Origin: Actinomycetales bacterium
GTDB lineage: Bacteria; Actinomycetota; Actinomycetes; Actinomycetales; JBBRBF01
Length of the DNA stretch: 64,000 nt
Assembly: GCA_038206105.1 (NCBI GenBank)
Contig: JBBRBF010000002.1
Coordinates: forward strand, 19,372 to 83,371
Direction of reading: 5' to 3'
The position numbers and the translations under genes were made by a program. The notes below the pieces were generated by a model. That model did not search any database. It was given only the letters and a program-made list of their open reading frames with translations, and was not told where the DNA came from. This document shows, in pieces, positions 35,928-45,133 of the stretch. Every line of letters starts with the position of its first letter. The stretch's first letter is position 1.

Positions 35928-37702
35928 GCACCGACACGACCGGGTCGCGGCGGCGCTCGTCGTCCGCGCCGGTACGGGAGGCGCCCGACGTGCCCGTGGT
36001 GCCGGCGCAGGCCGACGTGCTTGCCCCGGAGGTGGCGGCGCGGCGGGCCGCCGCCCCCGCGACGCCGACGCGGCGTGCCCCGGAGCGCCGGCACGGTCGT
36101 CGTGCCGCAGCCCGGCGGGGCTCCACGTTCACCGGGACCGGGACGCTGCTGCGCTTCGCCCTGCGCCGCGACCGGATCCGCCTGCCGGTCTGGGTCGCCG
36201 CCGCGGCGGCGCTCGTCGCCGTCCAGTCCCGGCAGAGCCAGGACCTGTACTCCGGGCCCGGGGACCTCGACGCGTACGCCGCCTCCGTGGGATCGAACCC
36301 GGCGATCATCGCCATGACCGGGCCGCCCGTCGGGCTCGACACCATCGGCGGGGCCGTGGCGTTCGAGATCGGGACCACGGTCGCCGTCGTCGTCGGGCTG
36401 ATGGCGGTGTTCACGGTCGTGCGGCACACGCGCGGTGACGAGGAGGCCGGCCGCACCGAGCTGGTGCGTGCCGCCCGGGTAGGCCGGCACGCCCCGGTGG
36501 CGGCCGCCACGGCGGCTGCGGGCGCGGGGGGCGTCGGGGTCGCCGTCTCGGTCGCCGCCGTCGCCGCCGCCACCGGGCTGCCGGTGGGCGGCGCCGTCGT
36601 GTTCGGGGCCTCCCTGGGCGTGCTTGCTCTCGTGTTCGCCGCGGTCGCAGCCCTGGCTTCGCAGGTCGTCGAGCACCCGCGTGCCGCGCTCGGCCTCGGC
36701 GGGGCGGTGCTGGGAGCAGCCGTCGCGCTCCGCGCCGTCGGCGACGTCGGCGACGGATGGTTGTCGTGGCTGTCCCCGGTGGGGTGGACCCAGGCGGCGC
36801 ACGCCTGGTCCGACAACCGCTGGTGGCCCCTGCTGCTGGGCCTGGGCGCGGTGGTGCTGCTCGTCGGCGGCGCGCTGCAGCTGGTGGACCGGCGCGACCT
36901 CGGTGCCGGCGTCGTGCCGACGCGACCCGGCCGTGAGAGGGCTGGGCGGGCCCTGTCCGGACCGCTCGGCCTCGCGTGGCGGCTGCAGCGGGCGGCGATG
37001 CTGGGCTGGGCCGCGGGGATCGCGCTGGCGGGCCTGATGTTCGGGGCCGTCGTGGACGCCACGCTGGAGCTGGCCGACTCGAACCCGGATCTCGTCGCCC
37101 TCCTGCCCGGCGGTGCCGGTGACCTCGTCGACGCGTTCCTCGCCGTGCTGCTCGCGATGTGCGCCCTGCTCGTCGTCGCCGCGGGCGTCTCGGTCGTGCT
37201 GCGCACCCTCGGCGAGGAGTCGACCGGGCGCGCCGAGCTGGTGCTCGGCACCGCGACGGACCGGGTCCGCTGGCTCGGCAGCCACGTCCTCGTCGCCCTG
37301 GTCGGGACCGCGGTGCTGCTCGCGCTGGCGGGTGCGTCGATCGGCGCCGGCTACGGGCTCGACACCGGCGATCCGTCCGTGGTCCCGCAGGTGGCCCGCG
37401 ACGCGCTCGTGCTGCTGCCGGCGTTGTGGTTGGTGGTCGCCGTGACGGTGGCGCTCGTCGGGCTGGCTCCCCACCGTGCCGCCGCTGGGGCGTGGGGCCT
37501 CGTCGCGTACGTGGCCGTCGTCGCGATGCTCGCGGACTCCCTCGGCTGGCCGGACTGGGTGGGGGCCCTGTCGCCGGTCGCGCAGACGCCGGCCGTGCCG
37601 CTGGAGGAGGTGACGGTGGCGCCGCTGGTGCTGCTCGCCGTGCTCGCCGCGCTCGGCGTCCTGGTGGGTCTCGCCGGCTTCCGGCGCCGTGACGTCGGCT
37701 GA
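35924..37702 (+). CDS. ABC-2 type exporter permease
   Basis: The GTG overlaps the ATPase stop. The protein is 592 aa with about 12 hydrophobic segments. Confidence 0.8.
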   Translation: MSTDTTGSRRRSSSAPVREAPDVPVVPAQADVLAPEVAARRAAAPATPTRRAPERRHGRRAAARRGSTFTGTGTLLRFALRRDRIRLPVWVAAAAALVAVQSRQSQDLYSGPGDLDAYAASVGSNPAIIAMTGPPVGLDTIGGAVAFEIGTTVAVVVGLMAVFTVVRHTRGDEEAGRTELVRAARVGRHAPVAAATAAAGAGGVGVAVSVAAVAAATGLPVGGAVVFGASLGVLALVFAAVAALASQVVEHPRAALGLGGAVLGAAVALRAVGDVGDGWLSWLSPVGWTQAAHAWSDNRWWPLLLGLGAVVLLVGGALQLVDRRDLGAGVVPTRPGRERAGRALSGPLGLAWRLQRAAMLGWAAGIALAGLMFGAVVDATLELADSNPDLVALLPGGAGDLVDAFLAVLLAMCALLVVAAGVSVVLRTLGEESTGRAELVLGTATDRVRWLGSHVLVALVGTAVLLALAGASIGAGYGLDTGDPSVVPQVARDALVLLPALWLVVAVTVALVGLAPHRAAAGAWGLVAYVAVVAMLADSLGWPDWVGALSPVAQTPAVPLEEVTVAPLVLLAVLAALGVLVGLAGFRRRDVG

Positions 37703-37786
37703 GCGACTCGCGAGAGCGCCGACGTGGCCCGGCTCACGTCGGCAGCGAGCGGTCCCGGCGCGCGCAGGCTGACGGGCCGGGCAACC

Positions 37787-38356
37787 ATGGTGAGTATGGC
37801 TACCGACGCGCCCGACCTGCTCGACCTGCTCACCGCCGACCACCGCGAGGTCCGCAGCGCCTTCGCCGAGCTGGACGGGCGGCTGCCCGAGGCGAGGCGA
37901 CGCACCCTCGTGGAGCGCACCGTCACGGCGCTGGTGCAGCACTCCGTGGTCGAGGAGCAGCTGCTGTACCCGTTGGCCCGCCGGGTGCTCCCGGACGGCG
38001 GGCAGCACGCCGACCACGACGTCGCGGAGCACGCCGAGGTGGAGCGGTTGATGCTGCAGCTGGAGCGTCTCGACGTCGACTCCGAGGCCTTCGCCACCAC
38101 CCGGCGCCAGTGGGTCCGCAGCACGGTCGCCCACATCGAGGAGGAGGAGGCCGACCTCTTCCCGCGGCTGCGCGAGGCGTGCACCGCCGACGAGCTCGTC
38201 CGGCTCGGCCGTCAGGCGGTGCAGCTGCGCAAGGTGGCACCCACGCGACCCCACCCGGCCACCCCGAACCACCCTGTCGCGCACCTGACCGTGGGCCCGG
38301 TCGTCGGGCTCTTCGACCGGGTGCGGGACCGGGTCAGCGGCCGCGGCCGCGACTGA
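37787..38356 (+). CDS. Hemerythrin domain-containing protein
   Basis: LLTADHREVRSAFAEL...HSVVEEQLLYP...AEHAEVERLM...HIEEEEADLFPRL provides the His/Glu ligand pattern. Confidence 0.8.
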   Translation: MVSMATDAPDLLDLLTADHREVRSAFAELDGRLPEARRRTLVERTVTALVQHSVVEEQLLYPLARRVLPDGGQHADHDVAEHAEVERLMLQLERLDVDSEAFATTRRQWVRSTVAHIEEEEADLFPRLREACTADELVRLGRQAVQLRKVAPTRPHPATPNHPVAHLTVGPVVGLFDRVRDRVSGRGRD

Positions 38357-38450
38357 GCCGGGCCCCCCGCCCGCCTGGGCGGCGCTCCCGTGGCGGGGCC
38401 CCGGGGTACCGGGGCCGGACAGGCGCCGCGTGAGGCGGTTGGATGTGCCC

Positions 38451-39920
38451 ATGACCGCAGCACCGAGCGTCTCGTACTCCATCACCATCCGGCTGGAGAT
38501 CGCGTCCGGCCCGACCGCCGTCAGCGGGCTGACCGCGGCGATCGAGGGCACCGGGGGGATCGTCACCGCGCTCGACGTCACCTCGTCCGGCCACGACCGG
38601 GTCCAGGTCGACGTCACCTGCGCGACGCGCGCCTCGGACCATGCCGAGGAGATCGTCGAGGCGCTCCGCGCGGTGCCGGGGGTCACGATCGGCCGGGTCT
38701 CGGACCGGACCTTCCTGGCCCACCTCGGCGGCAAGATCCAGGTCGAGTCGAAGGTGCCGATCCGCAACCGGGACGACCTGTCGATCGTGTACACCCCGGG
38801 AGTGGCGCGCGTCTGCGAGGCGATCGCGGCGAACCCTGACGACGCCCGCCGGCTGACCATCAAGCGCAACACCGTCGCTGTCGTCACCGACGGCAGCGCG
38901 GTCCTGGGGCTGGGCAACCTGGGCCCGCTGGCCGCCCTGCCGGTGATGGAGGGCAAGGCCGCGCTCTTCAAGCGGTTCGCGGGCATCGACGCGTTCCCGA
39001 TCTGCCTCGACACCCAGGACAGCGACGAGATCGTCGCCGCCGTGCGGGCGATCGCGCCGGTGTTCGCCGGCATCAACCTCGAGGACATCTCGGCGCCGCG
39101 GTGCTTCGAGATCGAGCGCAGGCTCCGCGAGGTGCTCGACATCCCCGTGTTCCACGACGACCAGCACGGCACCGCGATCGTCACGCTCGCCGCACTGACG
39201 AACGCGTTGCGCTGCGTGGACAAGCAGATCGCGGACGTGCGGATCGTGCTCTCCGGCGCCGGGGCGGCCGGATCCGCCGTGCTGAACCTGCTGCTGGCCG
39301 CGGGCGCCCGGGACGTCGTCGTCGCCGACGCCGGGGGTGTCGTCGAGACCGGGCGCGACGACCTCGACCCGTCGCTGACCGCGATCGCGGAGCGGACGAA
39401 CCCGCGCGGTCTGACCGGCGCGCTGCGCGACGCCCTCGCGGGCGCCGACGTCTTCGTCGGCGTCTCCGCCCCGAACATCCTCACCGGCGACGACATCGCC
39501 ACGATGGCCGAGGACGCGATCGTCTTCGCCCTCGCGAACCCCACGCCGGAGGTGGACCCCGGTGAGGCGTCGCGGCACGCCGCGGTCGTCGCGACCGGGC
39601 GCAGCGACTTCGTGAACCAGATCAACAACGTGCTCGCGTTCCCCGGGGTCTTCCGGGGGCTGCTCGACGCCGCGTCGCACCGCATCACCGACGAGACGCT
39701 GCTCGCAGCCGCCTATGCGCTCGCCGCGACCGTGACCGACGAGGAGCTGAACCCGACCTACATCGTGCCGAGCGTGTTCCACCCCGACGTCGCGCAGGTC
39801 GTCGCCGGCGCGGTGGAGCGCGCCGTCCGCAAGGGTCGCGAGTCCGGTGACGACCCTGCTCCGGAGCAGGCCCGCGGCATCGCCGCCGCGGCCGCCGACG
39901 AGGCCGTCGAGGCGCAGTGA
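38451..39920 (+). CDS. NAD(P)-dependent malic enzyme with N-terminal ACT-like domain
   Basis: DDLSIVYTPGVARVCEAI...VVTDGSAVLGLGNLG...PVMEGKAALFKRFAGIDAFPI...FHDDQHGTAIV...GAGAAG. Confidence 0.9.
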   Translation: MTAAPSVSYSITIRLEIASGPTAVSGLTAAIEGTGGIVTALDVTSSGHDRVQVDVTCATRASDHAEEIVEALRAVPGVTIGRVSDRTFLAHLGGKIQVESKVPIRNRDDLSIVYTPGVARVCEAIAANPDDARRLTIKRNTVAVVTDGSAVLGLGNLGPLAALPVMEGKAALFKRFAGIDAFPICLDTQDSDEIVAAVRAIAPVFAGINLEDISAPRCFEIERRLREVLDIPVFHDDQHGTAIVTLAALTNALRCVDKQIADVRIVLSGAGAAGSAVLNLLLAAGARDVVVADAGGVVETGRDDLDPSLTAIAERTNPRGLTGALRDALAGADVFVGVSAPNILTGDDIATMAEDAIVFALANPTPEVDPGEASRHAAVVATGRSDFVNQINNVLAFPGVFRGLLDAASHRITDETLLAAAYALAATVTDEELNPTYIVPSVFHPDVAQVVAGAVERAVRKGRESGDDPAPEQARGIAAAAADEAVEAQ

Positions 39921-40678
39921 CCGAAGGGGTCGAGCCGGTCACACCCGAGCCGCCGCGCGACGTCGGCCGCACGGTCTTCGCGCAGCGGTGGGAGTCCCTG
40001 GCGTTCCTGCACTGGGCCGTCGAGCCCGACCGTGTCGCGCCGCTGTTGCCACCGGGGGTGCGGCCCGACGTCCTGGACGGCTCCACCTACGTGGGTCTGA
40101 TCCCGTTCGTGATGCGCCGCACCGCGCTGCTCGGCGGTCCGGTGGTGCCGTACCTCGGCTCGTTCTGCGAGACCAACGTCCGGCTGTACGCCGTTGACGC
40201 CGCCGGCAGACGCAGCGTGGTCTTCGTCTCGCTGGAGGCCTCCCGGCTGGCGCCGGTGCTCGTGGCGCGGGCGATGGGGCTGCCGTACCTCTGGGCCCGG
40301 ATGCGCTACCGGCGCGACGACGACGTGGTCTGCTACACGACCCGGCGCCGCTGGCCAGGGCCCCGGGGCGCGCGCAGCGACGTCACCGTGCGGGTCGGGC
40401 AGGTCGTCGCGGCCGGGCCGCTGGAGCACTTCCTCACTGCCCGGTGGGGGCTGCACACCGCTGCGCGCCACGGACCGCTCTACTGGCCGAACGAGCACGA
40501 CCGTTGGCCGCTGCGCGCCGCCCGGTTGGAGCACCTGGACGACGAGCTGCTCGCCGTCGCGGGGTTCGGCGACCTCGCCGCCCGTGAGCCCGACAGCGTG
40601 CTGTTCTCGGCAGGGGTCGACGTCCGCTTCGGCCCCCCCACCCCAACCCCGCACCCCCACCCCACCCCTTCGCGGTGA
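39917..40678 (+). CDS. DUF2071 (YqjF-like) domain protein
   Basis: FAQRWESLAFLHWAVEP...YVGLIPFVMR...FCETNVRLY. The last ~15 codons and the TGA stop lie inside the repeat element at 40662-40736. Confidence 0.85.
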   Translation: MTEGVEPVTPEPPRDVGRTVFAQRWESLAFLHWAVEPDRVAPLLPPGVRPDVLDGSTYVGLIPFVMRRTALLGGPVVPYLGSFCETNVRLYAVDAAGRRSVVFVSLEASRLAPVLVARAMGLPYLWARMRYRRDDDVVCYTTRRRWPGPRGARSDVTVRVGQVVAAGPLEHFLTARWGLHTAARHGPLYWPNEHDRWPLRAARLEHLDDELLAVAGFGDLAAREPDSVLFSAGVDVRFGPPTPTPHPHPTPSR

Positions 40679-40736
40679 TCATGCACTTCGGGTACGCAGG
40701 CCGTACCCGAGCTGCATGATCACCGCGAAGGGGTGG
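40662..40736. repeat. 75-bp near-perfect palindrome made of two inverted copies of the CGGTGATCA repeat
   Basis: CCACCCCTTCGCGGTGATCATGCA cttCGGGTACG cagg c CGTACCCGagc TGCATGATCACCGCGAAGGGGTGG. The arms are 24 bp perfect plus 8 bp perfect with one mismatch zone. It lies between convergent genes. Confidence 0.95.
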
Positions 40737-40754
40737 GTCAGGGTGGGGTGGTGG

Positions 40755-41879
40755 TCAGGCGGGGTCGAACGTGGCGAGAGCGTGGTCGGTCGGCGCGGGG
40801 ACGACGACCCGCCCGCCGGACGGCACCGCCAGCGTGTGCGGCGCGAGGGCCCGTAGCAGCGACCCGTCGGCCAGGCGGACGTGGTGCAGCACCGACCCGC
40901 CCCGGAACTCGGTGCGCACCACCGTGCCCACGGCGCCCCCGGCCGCCGCGGCGTCCGCAGCGAGGTCGCTGCCCTCGGCGAGCACGGTCAGGTCGTGGGG
41001 CCGCGTCATCACGTCGACCGGCCCGGTGCCGTTCCCCACGACGGGGAGCGCCCCGAGCGCGGTGCGGGCGCTGGCGCCGTCCCACTGCCCGGGGACGAAG
41101 TCGGCCTCGCCGAGGAACGTCGCGACGAACCGGCTGGCGGGGGAGTGGAACACCTGCGAGGGCGTGCCGACCTGCTCGATCCGGCCGGAGCGCAGCACCG
41201 CGACGCGGTCCCCGACCGCGAGCGCCTCGTCCTGGTCGTGGGTGACGAGGACGACGGTCGCGTCGGCGGCGCGCAGCACCGCCACCGCCTCGACCCGCAC
41301 GTGGGCGGCGAGCCCCCGGTCGAGGTGGGAGAACGGCTCGTCGAGCAACACCACGGACGGGCGGGGGGCCAGGGCGCGGGCCAGGGCGACGCGCTGCTGC
41401 TCGCCGCCGGAGAGCTCGTGGGGGAACCGGCCGGACAGGTGCGACAGCCCGACGAGGTCGAGCACCTCCGCGACGCGCTCGTCGCGCTCGCCGGCGCCGC
41501 GACGCGCCACGCGGCCCAGCCCGAACGCGACGTTGCCGGCGACGCTGAGGTGCGGGAAGAGCGCGAGGTCCTGGAACACCACCGCCACGCCGCGCTTCTC
41601 CGGCGGCACGAAGACGCCCGGCCCGGCGACCTCGCGACCGGCCAGGCGCACGCGGCCTCCGTCCACACCGACGAGCCCGGCGACGGTCCGCAGCAGCGTG
41701 GACTTGCCGCACCCGCTGGGTCCGACGACGGCGAGCATCTCGCCGCGGGAGACGGTCAGGCTCACGTCGTCCAGTGCCGTCGTCGCGCCATAGCGCTTGG
41801 TGACGTGGTCGAGGTCGAGCAGGGCGTGCCGCATCGTGCTGGGCACGGCCGGGACGAGCGCGTCGGTCCTGGTGGTCAC
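40755..41879 (-). CDS. Fe(3+)/polyamine-type ABC importer ATP-binding protein
   Basis: [27 protein letters not shown] and LLDEPFSHLD, with a C-terminal TOBE-like domain. The GTG start overlaps the permease stop. Confidence 0.9.
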   Translation of the reverse strand: MTTRTDALVPAVPSTMRHALLDLDHVTKRYGATTALDDVSLTVSRGEMLAVVGPSGCGKSTLLRTVAGLVGVDGGRVRLAGREVAGPGVFVPPEKRGVAVVFQDLALFPHLSVAGNVAFGLGRVARRGAGERDERVAEVLDLVGLSHLSGRFPHELSGGEQQRVALARALAPRPSVVLLDEPFSHLDRGLAAHVRVEAVAVLRAADATVVLVTHDQDEALAVGDRVAVLRSGRIEQVGTPSQVFHSPASRFVATFLGEADFVPGQWDGASARTALGALPVVGNGTGPVDVMTRPHDLTVLAEGSDLAADAAAAGGAVGTVVRTEFRGGSVLHHVRLADGSLLRALAPHTLAVPSGGRVVVPAPTDHALATFDPA

Positions 41880-43678
41880 GTCAGGACACCTCCACCGGGG
41901 TCGGGCCGGTCGCGTTCGCCGGCGACGGCGTGGGGGCTCGTCGGGGCCGACCGGACCTCGTCCGGCTGGGCCAGCGTACGGCGGAAGAGCAGCACGACCG
42001 GGACCAGGGCGGCCGCGACGATCGTCAGCGCCGGCAGCCCGGCCTCCTGCCACCGCGACTCCGACGCGAGCTGGAACACCCATACCGCGAGGGTCTCGAA
42101 GCCGAACGGTCGCAGCAGCAGCACGATCGGCAGCTCCTTGAGCGCGTCGACCGCGACGAGCACGAGCGCGACGCCGACCCCGGGGCGCACCAGCGGCAGG
42201 TGCACCGAGCGCACCACCCGCCGGGGTGCCGCGCCGAGGCTCAGCGCGGCCGCGGTCATCGACGGCGTCACCTTCTCGAGGCTCGCGTCGATGCTCGTCC
42301 ACGCCAGCGCGAGGAACCGGACCACGTAGGCGTAGACGAGACCGACGATCGTGCCCGTGACGAGCACCCCGCCCAGTGGCAGCCCGAGCCCGTCGAGCAG
42401 CCGCGCGGCCCCGGCCATCACGACGAGCACGCCGATGGCGACGACCGGCCCGGGGACGGCGTAGCCGACGGTGGCGGCGCGCGCGAGCCGGCGGGTCGTG
42501 GCGCCGCCGCCGAGCCGGCTGGCGCTGGCGAGCAGCACCCCGAGCCCGACGCAGATCACCGCGACCACGCCGGCCACCAGGAGGCTGTTGCCGAGGTACC
42601 CGAGGTAGCGGCTGTCGAGCCCGCCGCCGACGCCGCGCAACGACGCGGTCGACGTCCACCCGACGAGCTGGGCGACGGGCACGACGAACGTCACCGCGAG
42701 GACGGCGGCGCATCCGGCGGTGGCCATCGCGGCGCGCCGGCCGTACAGGCGCTGCGGCTCCAGCGTCGCCCCGCCGCCGCCCTGCTGGTGGAACCGCGCG
42801 CGACCCCGCGCCGCACGCTCCAGCGCGATCACCGCGACGGCGAACACCAGGACGACGCCGGCGAGCTCGGTCGCGGCGGCACGGTCGTACATCCCGATCC
42901 ACACCTGGTGGATGCCGACAGAGACGGTGGTGACGTTGAAGTACTGCACGGTCGCGAAGTCGGTGAGGGTCTCCATCGCCACGAGCGCGCCGCCGGCCGC
43001 CAGCGACGGCCGTGCCAGCGGCAGCACCACCCGCCAGGCGGCCACGAGGGGACCGGCTCCCAGCACGCGGGCGGCGTCGTACGTGGTCGCGGACTGCTCC
43101 CGCAGCGCCGCCCGCGCCAGCAGGTACGGGTACGGGTAGAACGCCATCACGAGGACGACGGCCGCCGCCCAGAACGAGCGGACGTCGGGGAACCACACGC
43201 CGCTCCCGAACCAGCCGCGCAGCGCTGTCTGCACCGGTCCGGGGTGGTCGAGCAGCCCGACGTAGACGAAGCCCAGCACGTAGGACGGGACGGCGAGCGG
43301 CAGCACGAGCAGCCACGAGAACCAGCGCTGCCCCGGGAACCGGTAGCGGCCCACGAGCCAGGCGAGCCCCGCGCCCAGCACGGTCGTCCCGACGACCACG
43401 CAGGCGACGAGCGCGAGCGTCGTGACCACCATCCGTCCGAGGCCCACCTCCAGCAGGAACCGCCAGACCTGAGTGCTCGGCGTCAGCAGGCTCCCCGCGA
43501 CCAGCGCCACCGGCACGACCACGACGACGGCCACGACCAGCACGACGAGCCGCCAGGAGCGGCGGCCGTCGCGCGCCGAGACGTGCGGCAGGTGACCCCG
43601 CGGACGCCTGCCGTCGCGGCCGCCGTCCCCGGCCGACCCGCCGGCGACCGGCGTCACCTGCCCGGGTGTCGCCGTCAT
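41876..43678 (-). CDS. Iron ABC importer permease (duplicated BPD domain)
   Basis: 600 aa with two permease repeats, typical of FbpB/ThiP-like fused permeases. Confidence 0.88.
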   Translation of the reverse strand: MTATPGQVTPVAGGSAGDGGRDGRRPRGHLPHVSARDGRRSWRLVVLVVAVVVVVPVALVAGSLLTPSTQVWRFLLEVGLGRMVVTTLALVACVVVGTTVLGAGLAWLVGRYRFPGQRWFSWLLVLPLAVPSYVLGFVYVGLLDHPGPVQTALRGWFGSGVWFPDVRSFWAAAVVLVMAFYPYPYLLARAALREQSATTYDAARVLGAGPLVAAWRVVLPLARPSLAAGGALVAMETLTDFATVQYFNVTTVSVGIHQVWIGMYDRAAATELAGVVLVFAVAVIALERAARGRARFHQQGGGGATLEPQRLYGRRAAMATAGCAAVLAVTFVVPVAQLVGWTSTASLRGVGGGLDSRYLGYLGNSLLVAGVVAVICVGLGVLLASASRLGGGATTRRLARAATVGYAVPGPVVAIGVLVVMAGAARLLDGLGLPLGGVLVTGTIVGLVYAYVVRFLALAWTSIDASLEKVTPSMTAAALSLGAAPRRVVRSVHLPLVRPGVGVALVLVAVDALKELPIVLLLRPFGFETLAVWVFQLASESRWQEAGLPALTIVAAALVPVVLLFRRTLAQPDEVRSAPTSPHAVAGERDRPDPGGGVLT

Positions 43679-43700
43679 GTCTGGTCTCGCCGCGCGCGCG

Positions 43701-44702
43701 TCACTCGTAGCCTGCTCGCGCCATCAGCTCGACCGCGTCGGGGTTGAGCGCGCCGTACGCGGCGGCGTCGACCTCCTCGGCGCGGAAGTCCTCGAAGTCC
43801 GCGATCACGGGCACCGGCGGCACGTCGGGGTTCACCGGGTACTCGAAGTTGCCGCCGACGAACGCGTCCTGGCCGTCGGTGGCGAGCCACTCCAGCAGCT
43901 GCTGCGCCAGGTCGGGGTCGTCGGCGCCGTCGACCACGCCGGCCCCGGAGATGTTCACGTGCGTGCCCGTCGTCTCCTGGTTCGCCCAGAACAGGGACAC
44001 CGGCAGCTCGGGGTCGTCGGCGAGCTCGCGGGCCAGGTAGTAGTGGTTCACGACGCCGACGTCGCAGCGTCCGCTGGCGATGTTGTCGATGATCTCGACG
44101 TCGTTGTTGAAGATCTCGGCGTTGTCGGCCCAGCCGCGCACCACCCGCTGGGCCTCGGCCTCGCCGTCGGTGGTGATCATCGACGCGACGAGCGACTGCG
44201 TGTAGGTCGCGGTCGACTGCCGCAGGCACAGGCGCCCGGCCCAGCGCGGGTCGGCGAGGTCCTCGTAGGTGGACAGCTCCGCCGGGTCGACGCGGTCGGG
44301 GGAGTAGACGATGGTGCGGGCTCGCCGGGCCAGCCCGAACCAGCGGTCCTGAGGGTCGCGCAGGTTCTCCGGTACGGCGGCGTCCAGGACGTCGGAGCGC
44401 AGCGGCTGGAACACGCCCTGCTCGGCGGCGAGGGCGAGGTTTCCGGCGTCGACGGTCATGTAGACGTCGGCGAGGGTGTCCTCGCCCTCCGCCTCGATCC
44501 GTTCGCGCAGCTCGGCGTCCGAGCCGTAGAGGAACTCGACCTGGACGCCGGTCTCCTCGTTGAACTTCGTGAAGGCCTGCTCCAGGTCGTAGTGCCGAGC
44601 CGAGTAGACCCGTACGACCTGGTCGTCGCCGACGACGGTGCAGCCGCTCGCGACGAGCGCCAGGCTCGTCACGACGGCCGCGGTCCGCAGCGCTCGCCTC
44701 AC
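43701..44702 (-). CDS. Fe(3+) ABC transporter substrate-binding lipoprotein
   Basis: The lipobox is in VRRALRTAAVVTSLALVASGC, followed by VRVYSARHYDLEQAFTKFNEETG... The GTG start overlaps the upstream stop (GTGA). The longer 44816 start is less likely. Confidence 0.82.
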   Translation of the reverse strand: MRRALRTAAVVTSLALVASGCTVVGDDQVVRVYSARHYDLEQAFTKFNEETGVQVEFLYGSDAELRERIEAEGEDTLADVYMTVDAGNLALAAEQGVFQPLRSDVLDAAVPENLRDPQDRWFGLARRARTIVYSPDRVDPAELSTYEDLADPRWAGRLCLRQSTATYTQSLVASMITTDGEAEAQRVVRGWADNAEIFNNDVEIIDNIASGRCDVGVVNHYYLARELADDPELPVSLFWANQETTGTHVNISGAGVVDGADDPDLAQQLLEWLATDGQDAFVGGNFEYPVNPDVPPVPVIADFEDFRAEEVDAAAYGALNPDAVELMARAGYE

Positions 44703-45133
44703 GGCGTCCCCGTCACGGCCGGCTCGGAGGACTCGGCGGGTGCGGACGTCGCCGACGGCTCCGACCCGCTCTCCGACCCGCTGTCCGAGCCGGTGCCCGA
44801 ACCGTCGGTGGGGCACGCCGTGGCCTCGGAGCCGCTGGCCTCGGAGCCGCTGGCCTCGGAGCCGCTGGCGGCGTCGGTGGTCTCGGAGCCGCTGGCGGCG
44901 TCGGTGGTCTCGGTGGTCTCGGAGACGCTGGCGGCGTCGGTGGTCTCGGTGGCCTCGGAGCCGCTGGCGCTCGTGGCACAGGCGTCGTTCTCGAGCTCGC
45001 GGACACCGGCGCCGTCGTCCTGGCCGCAGGCGGACACCGCGAGCAGCAGGCCGAGGGCGGCTGCGGCGGCAGGACGCCGCAGCGTCGAGGACAGGGTGCG
45101 GTGGGTGGGCATCGGAGCCTTCCGGGTGCTCAT
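44699..45133 (-). CDS. Acidic Ser/Thr/Glu-rich repeat lipoprotein (hypothetical)
   Basis: Signal and lipobox are RRPAAAAALGLLLAVSAC. The mature part is low-complexity (SGSEATETTDAAS / SGSEA repeats). ATG 45133 overlaps the upstream stop (ATGA); alternative ATG at 45112. Confidence 0.55.
   Translation of the reverse strand: MSTRKAPMPTHRTLSSTLRRPAAAAALGLLLAVSACGQDDGAGVRELENDACATSASGSEATETTDAASVSETTETTDAASGSETTDAASGSEASGSEASGSEATACPTDGSGTGSDSGSESGSEPSATSAPAESSEPAVTGTP

Noticed and set aside
34277-40700. Genomic island integrated at the tmRNA 3' end.
   Set aside because: There is no integrase or recombinase gene and no visible duplication of the ssrA 3' end downstream. The genes that follow (DUF421, ABC-2 exporter, hemerythrin, malic enzyme) have the same composition as the rest of the window.
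44702-44816. Longer start (44816) for the iron-binding protein, or a frameshifted fusion with the upstream Ser/Thr-rich ORF.
   Set aside because: The extension is Arg-rich and precedes a complete lipoprotein signal that starts at GTG 44702. The upstream ORF is in a different frame and has its own lipobox, so two separate genes is the simpler reading.
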